Positions 55,473 to 64,000 of a stretch of 64,000 nt of DNA are shown piece after piece. Under the pieces are notes generated by a model. The model ran no database searches and was not told where the DNA came from. It was given only the letters and a program-made list of their open reading frames with translations. Every line of letters begins with the position of its first letter. The first letter of the stretch is position 1. The stretch is from the human T2T-CHM13v2.0 reference genome, Homo sapiens. The DNA lies in assembly GCF_009914755.1 (NCBI RefSeq), contig NC_060948.1; one strand, written 5' to 3'. Position numbers and translations under genes: made by a program.

Positions 55473-58400
55473 CCTGTCCATTACACTACATTCCCTTCCA
55501 TTCCAATGAATTCCATTCCATTCCAATCCATTCCTTTCCTTTCGCTTGCATTCCATTCTATTCCCTTCTACTGCATACAATTTCACTCCATTCGTTCCCA
55601 TTCCATTCAATTCCATTCCATTCAATTCCATTCCATTTGTTTCCATTCTCTTCGATTCCATTTCTTTATATTCCATGCCATTCGATTCCATTCTATTGGA
55701 TTGCATTACATTCGTGTTCATTCTATTCCAGACCATACCATTTGACTCCATTCTTTTCGAGCCCTTTCAATTTGAGTCCATTCCTTTCCAGTCCATTTCA
55801 CTCCTGTCCATTACTATCCATTCCATACCATTCCATCCCATTCCATTCCATTCCATTCCATTCCATTCCATTCCATTCCATTCCATTCCATTCCATTGCA
55901 TTCAATTCCATTCCCTTCCATTGCATTGCACTCCATTCCATTACATTCTACTCTATCTGAGTCGGTTTTATTGCATTAGATTCTATTCCATTGGATTACT
56001 TTCCATTCGATTACATTCCATTCATGTACATTCCGTTTCAGTCAATTACATTCGAGTTCATTACATTACATTCCAGTATATTCCATTCTATTCGATCCCA
56101 TTCCTTTCAATTCCATTTCATTCGACTCCATTATATTCGATTCCATTCCACTCGAATCCATTCCATTAGAGGACATTCCATTCCAATGCATTCCATTCCA
56201 TTCCATAGCATTCCATTGCATTCGATTCCATTCCATTTGATGCCATTCCATTTGATGCCATTCCATGACATTCCATTCCATTTGAGTCCGTTCCGTTCCA
56301 ATTCATTCCATTCCGTTTCATGAAATTCGAGTCCTTTCCAGTACATTTCATTCCAATCCCATCCAATCCAATCTACTCCATTCAATTCCTTTCCATTCCA
56401 TTTGATTTGATTCCATTGATTTGATTCCATTCAGTTTGATTCCATTCCGTGAAATTTCGTTCCATTCTATTCCATTGCATTACTTTCCATTCAATTCCAT
56501 TCCATTTCATTTCAGTCCATTCGCTTCCTTTCCTTTCGATTCAATTCCATTTGATTCCACTCCATTCTATGCGATTTCATTCCAATCCATTCAATTCCAT
56601 TCGATGACATTCCTTTCGTTTCCATTCCATTCGAGTCCATTCAATTTGAGCATTCGTGTCCATTCTATTCGAGTCCATTCCATTACCGTCTATTCTATTC
56701 CCTTCCATTCCTGTTGATTCAATTTCATTCCCTTCCATTCGATTCCTTTCCATTCGATTCCATTCCTTTCCATTCCATTCCATTCGTTCCCATTCCATGT
56801 GATTTCATTCCATTCCAGTCCATTATATTCGAGTCCACTCCACTCCATTCTATTACATTCAATTCCTTTTGAGTCCGTTCCATAACACTCCATTCATTTC
56901 GATTCCATTTCTTGCCAGTTTTCTTCCATTTTATTCCATTCCGTTCGATTCCATTCCATTCGATTGCATTCCATTCGAATCCTTTCCATTCCATTTCATT
57001 CCATTCCTTTCTATTCCATTCCATTTCATTCGATTTGATTCCATTCTGTTCTATTCCATTCAATTCTTTTTCATTCCATTCGAATCCTTTCTATTGCAGT
57101 CCATTCCATTCGAGTCCATTCCAATCCCTTCCATTCCATTCCATTACAGTCCATTCCAATAGATTCCATTCCTTTGCCTTCCATTCGAATCCATTCCATT
57201 CTAGTCCATTCCATTTGAGTCAATTCCATTCCATTCCATTCTATTCCTTTCCAATCCATTCGATTCCATTCGATTCAATTCCATTTGATTCTCTTTCATT
57301 CTATTTTATTCCATGCCATTTGATTGCATTGCATTCCATTCCGTTTGATTCCAGTCCATTCAAGAAAGTTCCATTCCAGTCCATTGCTTTCCAGTCCATT
57401 CCATTCCACTCTAGTCTATTCCACTCCATTCCTTTCCATTCCATTCCATACTATTCCATTCCATTCCTTTGCATTCCGTTTCCAATCTATTCGAGTCCAT
57501 TGCATTCCAGTCCAATCCATTCCATTACATTCCTTTTGATTCCCTGCCAGTCGATTGCATTGCATACTACACCATTCCAAAGGAGTCCATTCCATTCTAT
57601 CTCAACACTTTCCATTCCACTCTGTTCGAGTCCATTCCATTCCAGTCCATTTAATTCAAGGGCATTCCATTCCATTCCATTCCATTCCATTTCATATTAT
57701 TCCATTCCATTCAATTCCATTCCAGATGATTCCATTCCATTCTATACCATTGCTCTCTGTTCCATTCCATTCCATCTGTCTCCATTCCTTTCGTTTCGAT
57801 TCCTTTCCATTCCATTCCATTACATTTGATCCTATTTTATTAAATTGCATTCTATTCGAGTGATTTCCATTCGAGTCCTTTCCATTCGATTCCATTCCAT
57901 TCTATTCCATTCCTTTGGATTCCATTCCATTCCGTTCCGTTCACATCAATTCCTTGCGATTCCATTACATTCGATTTCTTGCCATTCGATTCCATTCCTT
58001 TTGACTCCATTTCATTCGATTCCATTCCATTCCATTAATTTCCATTCCATTCGAGACCTTTCCATTGCAGTCTTTTCCCTTCGAGTCCATTCCGTTCGAT
58101 TCCCTTCCATTCGATTCCATTCCACTGGAGTCCGTACCAGTCGAGTCCATTCTATTCCAGTCCATTAGTTTCGACTCCATTGCATTCGAGTGCATTCCAT
58201 TCCGTGGCTGTCCATTCCATTCCGTTTGATGCCATTCCATACGATTCCATTCAATTCGAGACCATTCTATTCCTGTCCATTCCTTGTGGTTCGATTCCAT
58301 TTCACTCTAGTCCATTCCATTCCATTCAATTCCATTCGACTCTATTCCGTTCCATTCAATTCCATTCCATTCGATTCCATTTTTTTCGAGAACCTTCCAT

Positions 58401-59051
58401 TACACTCCCTTCCATTCCAGTGCATTCCATTCCAGTCTCTTCAGTTCGATTCCATTCCATTCGTTTCGATTCCTTTCCATTCCAGCCCATTCCATTCCAT
58501 TCCATTCCTTTCCTTTCCGTTTCATTAGATTCCATTGCATTCCATTCCATTCAATTCAATTCCGTGCTATTCAATTTGATTCATTTCCATTTAATTCCAT
58601 TCCATTAGATTCCATTCCGTACGATTCCATTCCTTTGGAATCCATTCCATTGGAGTCCATTCACTTCCAGAACATTCCATTCCAGTCGAATCCATTCGAG
58701 TACATTCCATTAAAGTTCATTACATTCTAATACATTCCATTCCATTGCATTCCATTCCATTCCATTCGATGCCATTCGATTCCATTCCATGCCAAATCAT
58801 TGCATTCCTTTCCATTCCGTTCCTATCAATTCCATTCCATTCGATTTAGTTCGATTCTATTCACTTCCATTCCATTCGATTCCATTCCATTGGAGTCAAT
58901 TCCTTTCGACACCCAGCCTTTCCAGTCAATGATTTTGGATTCCATTTTTTTGCATTCCATTACATTCTATGACATTCGATTCCGTTTCATTGCATTCCAT
59001 TCCATACATTTTTATTCCATTCGAGACCGTAGCATTCCACTTTATTCCAGG
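55473..59051 (+). repeat. DYZ1 monomer 16 (3579 bp)
   Basis: GGCC at 55471 and 59050. Confidence 0.9.
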
Positions 59052-62000
59052 CCTGTCCATTACACTACATTCCCTTCCATTCCAATGAATTCCATTCCAT
59101 TCCAATCCATTCCTTTCCTTTCGCTTGCATTCCATTCTATTCTCTTCTACTGCATACAATTTCACTCCATTCGTTCCCATTCCATTCAATTCCATTCCAT
59201 TCAATTCCATTCCATTTGTTTCCATTCTTTTCGATTCCATTTCTGTATATTCCATGCCATTCGACTCCATTCTATTGTATTGCATTACATTCGTGTTCAT
59301 TCCATTCCAGACCATTCCATTTGTCTCCATTCCTTTCGAGCCCTTTCAATTTGAGTCCATTCCTTTCCAGTCCATTTCACTCCAGTCCATTACTGTCCAT
59401 TCCATACCATTCCATCCCATTCCATTCCATTCCATTCCATTCCATTCCATTGCATTCCATTCCATTCCATTCCATTGCACTGCACTCCATTCCATTACAT
59501 TCTACTCTATCTGAGTCGATTTTATTGCATTAGATTCTATTCCATTGGATTACTTTCCATTCGATTACATTCCATTCATGTACATTCCATTCCAGTCAAT
59601 TACATTCGAGTTCATTACATTACATTCCAGTATATTCCATTGTATTCGATCCCATTCCTTTCAATTCCATTTCATTCGACTCCATTATATTCGATTCCAT
59701 TCCACTCGAATCCATTCCATTAGAGGACATTCCATTCCAATGCATTCCATTCCATTCCATAGCATTCCATTGCATTCGATTCCATTCCATTTGATGCCAT
59801 TCCATTTGATGCCATTCCATGACATTCCATTCCATTCGAGTCCGTTCCGTTCCAATTCATTCCATTCCGTTTCATGAAATTCGAGTCCTTTCCAGTACAT
59901 TTCATTCCAATCCCATCCAATCCAATCTACTCCATTCAATTCCTTTCCATTCCATTTGATTAGATTCCATTGATTTGATTCCATTCAGTTTGATTCCATT
60001 CCGTGAAATTTCGTTCCATTCTATTCCATTGCATTACTTTCCATTCAATTCCATTCCATTTCATTTCAGTCCATTCGCTTCCTTTCCTTTCGATTCAATT
60101 CCATTTGATTCCACTCCATTCTATGCGATTTCATTCCAATCCATTCAATTCCATTCGATGACATTCCTTTCGTTTCCATTCCATTCGAGTCCATTCAATT
60201 TGAGCATTCGTGTCCATTCTATTCGAGTCCATTCCATTACCGTCTATTCTATTCCCTTCCATTCCTGTTGATTCAATTTCATTCCCTTCCATTCGATTCC
60301 TTTCCATTCGATTCCATTCCTTTCCATTCCATTCCATTCGTTCCCATTCCATGTGATTTCATTCCATTCCAGTCCATTATATTCGAGTCCACTCCACTCC
60401 ATTCTATTACATTCAATTCCTTTTGAGTCCGTTCCATAACACTCCATTCATTTCGATTCCATTTCTTGCCAGTTTTCTTCCATTTTATTCCATTCCGTTC
60501 GATTCCATTCCATTCGATTGCATTCCATTCGAATCCTTTCCATTCCATTTCATTCCATTCCTTTCCATTCCATTCCATTTCATTCGATTTGATTCCATTC
60601 TGTTCTAATCCATTCAATTCTTTTTCATTCCATTCGAATCCTTTCTATTGCAGTCCATTCCATTCGAGTCCATTCCAATCCCTTCCATTCCATTCCATTA
60701 CAGTCCATTCCAATAGATTCCATTCCTTTGCCTTCCATTCGAATCCATTCCATTCTAGTCCATTCCATTTGAGTCAATTCCATTCCATTCCATTCTATTC
60801 CTTTCCAATCCATTCGATTCCATTCGATTCAATTCCATTTGATTCTCTTTCATTCTATTTTATTCCATGCCATTTGATTGCATTGCATTCCATTCCGTTT
60901 GATTCCAGTCCATTCAAGAAAGTTCCATTCCAGTCCATTGCTTTCCAGTCCATTCCATTCCACTCTAGTCTATTCCACTCCATTCCTTTCCATTCCATTC
61001 CATACTATTCCATTCCATTCCTTTGCATTCCGTTTCCAATCTATTCGAGTCCATTGCATTCCAGTCCAATCCATTCGATTACATTCCTTTTGATTCCCTG
61101 CCAGTCGATTGCATTGCATACTACACCATTCCAAAGGAGTCCATTCCATTCTATCTCAACACTTTCCATTCCACTCTGTTCGAGTCCATTCCATTCCAGT
61201 CCATTTAATTCAAGGGCATTCCATTCCATTCCATTCCATTTCATGTTATTGCATTCCATTCAATTCCATTCCAGATGATTCCATTCCATTCTATACCATT
61301 GCTCTCTGTTCCATTCCATTCCATCTGTCTCCATTCCTTTCGTTTCGATTCCTTTCCATTCCATTCCATTACATTTGATCCTATTTTATTAAATTGCATT
61401 CTATTCGAGTGATTTCCATTCGAGTCCTTTCCATTTGATTCCATTCCATTCTATTCCATTCCTTTGGATTCCATTCCATTCCGTTCCGTTCACATCAATT
61501 CCTTGCGATTCCATTACATTCGATTTCTTGCCATTCGATTCCATTCCTTTTGACTCCACTTCATTCGATTCCATTCCATTCCATTAATTTCCATTCCATT
61601 CGAGACCTTTCCATTGCAGTCTTTTCCCTTCGAGTCCATTCTGTTCGATTCCCTTCCATTCGATTCCATTCCATTGGAGTCCGTACCAGTCGAGTCCATT
61701 CTATTCCAGTCCATTAGTTTCGACTCCATTGCATTCGAGTGCATTCCATTCCGTGGCTGTCCATTCCATTCCGTTTGATGCCATTCCATACGATTCCATT
61801 CAATTCGAGACCATTCTATTCCTGTCCATTCCTTGTGGTTCGATTCCATTTCACTCTAGTCCATTCCATTCCATTGAATTCCATTCGACTCTATTCCGTT
61901 CCATTCAATTCCATTCCTTTCGATTCCATTTTTTTCGAGAACCTTCCATTACATTCCCTTCCATTCCAGTGCATTCCATTCCAGTCTCTTCAGTTCGATT

Positions 62001-62590
62001 CCATTCCATTCGTTTCGATTCCATTCCATTCCAGCCCATTCCATTCCAATCCATTCCATTCCTTTCCTTTCCGTTTCATTAGATTCCATTGCATTCGATT
62101 CCATTCAATTCAATTCCGTTCTATTCAATTTGATTCATTTCCATTTAATTCCATTCCATTAGATTCCATTCCTTTCGAATCCATTCCATTGGAGTCCATT
62201 CACTTCGAGAACATTCCATTCCAGTCGAATCCATTCGAGTACATTCCATTAAAGTTCATTACATTCTAATACATTCCATTCCATTGCATTCCATTCCATT
62301 CCGTTCGGTGCCATTCGATTCCATTCCATGCCAAATCATTACATTCCTTTCCATTCCGTTCCTATCAATTCCATTCCATTCGATTTAGTTCCATTCTATT
62401 CACTTCCATTCCATTCGATTCCATTCCATTGGAGTCAATTCCTTTCGACACCCAGCCTTTCCAGTCAATGATTTTGGAGTCCATTTTTTTGCATTCCATT
62501 ACATTCTATGACATTCGATTCCGTGTCATTGCATTCCATTCCATACATTTTTATTCCATTCGAGACCGTAGCATTCCACTTTATTCCAGG
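59052..62590 (+). repeat. DYZ1 monomer 17 (3539 bp)
   Basis: GGCC at 59050 and 62589. Confidence 0.9.
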
Positions 62591-64000
62591 CCTGTCCATT
62601 ACACTACATTCCCTTCCATTCCAATGAATTCCATTCCATTCCAATCCATTCCTTTCCTTTCGCTTGCATTCCATTCTATTCTCTTCTACTGCATACAATT
62701 TCACTCCATTCGTTCCCATTCCATTCAATTCCATTCCATTCAATTCCATTCCATTTGTTTCCATTCTCTTCGATTCCATTTCTTTATATTCCATGCCATT
62801 CGATTCCATTCTATTGGATTGCATTACATTCGTGTTCATTCCATTCCAGACCATTCCATTTGACTCCATTCCTTTCGAGCCCTTTCAATTTGAGTCCATT
62901 CTTTTCCAGTCCATTTCACTCCAGTCCATTACTATCCATTCCATACCATTCCATCCCATTCCATTCCATTCCATTCCATTCCATTGCATTCCATTCCATT
63001 CCATTGCACTGCACTCCATTCCATTACATTCTACTCTATTTGAGTCGATTTTATTGCATTAGATTCTATTCCATTGGATTGCTTTCCATTCGATTACATT
63101 CCATTCATGTACATTCCATTCCAGTCAATTACATTCGAGTTCATTACATTACATTCCAGTTTATTCCATTGTATTCGGTCCCATTCCTTTCAATTCCATT
63201 TCATTAGACTCCATTATATTCGATTCCATTCCACTCGAATACATTCCATTAGAGGACATTCCATTCCAATGCATTCCATTCCATTCCATAGCGTTCCATC
63301 GCATTCGATTCCATTCCATTTGATGCCATTCCATGACATTCCATTCCATTCGAGTCCATTCCGTTCCAGTTCATTCCATTCCGTTTCATGAATTTCGAGT
63401 CCTTTCCAGTACATTTCATTCCAATCCCATCCAATCCAATGTACTCCATTCAATTCCTTTCCATTCCATTTGATTATATTCCATTGATTTGATTCCATTC
63501 AGTTTGATTCCATTCCGTGAAATTTCGTTCCATTCTATTCCATTGCATTACTTTCCATTCAATTCCATTCCATTTCATTTCAGTCCATTCGCTTCCTTTC
63601 CTTTCGACTCAATTCCATTTGATTCCACTCCATTCTATGCGATTTCATTCCAATCGATTCAATTCCATTCGATGACATTCCTTTCGTTTCCATTCCACTC
63701 GAGTCCATTCAATTTGAGCATTCGTGTCCATTCTATTCGAGTCCATTCCATTACCGTCTATTCTATTCCCTTCCATTCCTGTTGATTCAATTTCATTCCC
63801 TTCCATTCGATTCCTTTCCATTCGATTCCATTCCTTTCCATTCCATTCCATTCGTTCCCATTCCATGTGATTTCATTCCATTCCAGTCCATTATATTCGA
63901 GTCCACTCCACTCCATTCTATTACATTCAATTCCTTTTGAGTCCGTTCCATAACACTCCATTCATTTCGATTCCATTTCTTGGCAGTTTTCTTCCATTTT
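62591..64000 (+). repeat. Partial DYZ1 monomer (5' part, truncated by window end)
   Basis: Starts CCTGTCCATTACACTACATTCCC after GGCC at 62589. Confidence 0.9.

Larger units (their letters stand above)
1..64000 (+). repeat. DYZ1: Human satellite III (HSat3) DYZ1 tandem array, Yq12 heterochromatin; CATTC-rich strand is +
   Basis: Degenerate TTCCA pentamers run through the entire window. Unique landmarks such as TTTATTCCAGGCCTGTCC, TTCAAGGGCATTCC and TTAGAGGACATTCC recur every ~3.56 kb. There is one HaeIII and one EcoRI site per consensus unit, matching the known 3564-bp DYZ1 repeat. Confidence 0.96.

Noticed and set aside
14-63961. Hundreds of ORFs up to ~313 aa (SIPFH-rich on +, MEWNG-rich on -)
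   Set aside because: These are the direct translation of (TTCCA)n and (TGGAA)n, which lack stop codons in all frames. The ORFs overlap in every frame, recur with the monomer and are freely broken by indels and stops. No protein domain is recognisable.
1-64000. CRISPR-like or prokaryotic repeat system
   Set aside because: There is no constant repeat with unique spacers and no cas or other genes. The periodicity is a 5-bp satellite within a 3.56 kb tandem unit.
1-64000. HSat2 or an autosomal HSat3 (e.g. chr9) assignment
   Set aside because: The sequence lacks the dominant CATTCGATGATG-type HSat2 unit. The 3.56 kb period with the AGGCCTGTCC landmark fits DYZ1.
1-64000. Embedded Alu, L1 or DYZ2 segment, or an inversion
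   Set aside because: I saw no non-satellite stretch, poly-A tail, AT-rich HSat1B sequence or switch to a GGAAT-rich + strand.
1-64000. DYZ1-derived non-coding transcripts
   Set aside because: Satellite III and DYZ1 transcription is reported in general, but no transcript boundaries can be derived from this sequence.

Overview
The whole 64 kb window is one uninterrupted, single-orientation tandem array of (TTCCA/GGAAT)n human satellite III. It is organised as a ~3.56 kb higher-order monomer: 17 complete copies plus 2 partial copies. The monomer length, the single HaeIII/StuI site and single EcoRI site per consensus unit, and landmark sequences such as TCCACTTTATTCCAGGCCTGTCC identify it as DYZ1 of human Yq12 heterochromatin. 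I see no genes, RNA genes, transposons, CRISPR arrays, DYZ2/Alu segments or inversions. All listed ORFs are translation artefacts of the pentamer (SIPFH/MEWNG periodicity). I found no previously undescribed gene system. What is interesting is internal to the array: (1) three perfect heat-shock-element (HSE) motifs per consensus monomer; (2) a 440-bp in-phase deletion in one monomer; (3) variant haplotypes shared at 2-, 3- and 8-monomer spacing, including mosaic monomers; (4) a hypervariable pure (TTCCA)n tract; (5) recurrent 15-bp indels; (6) alternating homogeneous and diverged zones. All comparisons were made by eye, without alignment software.
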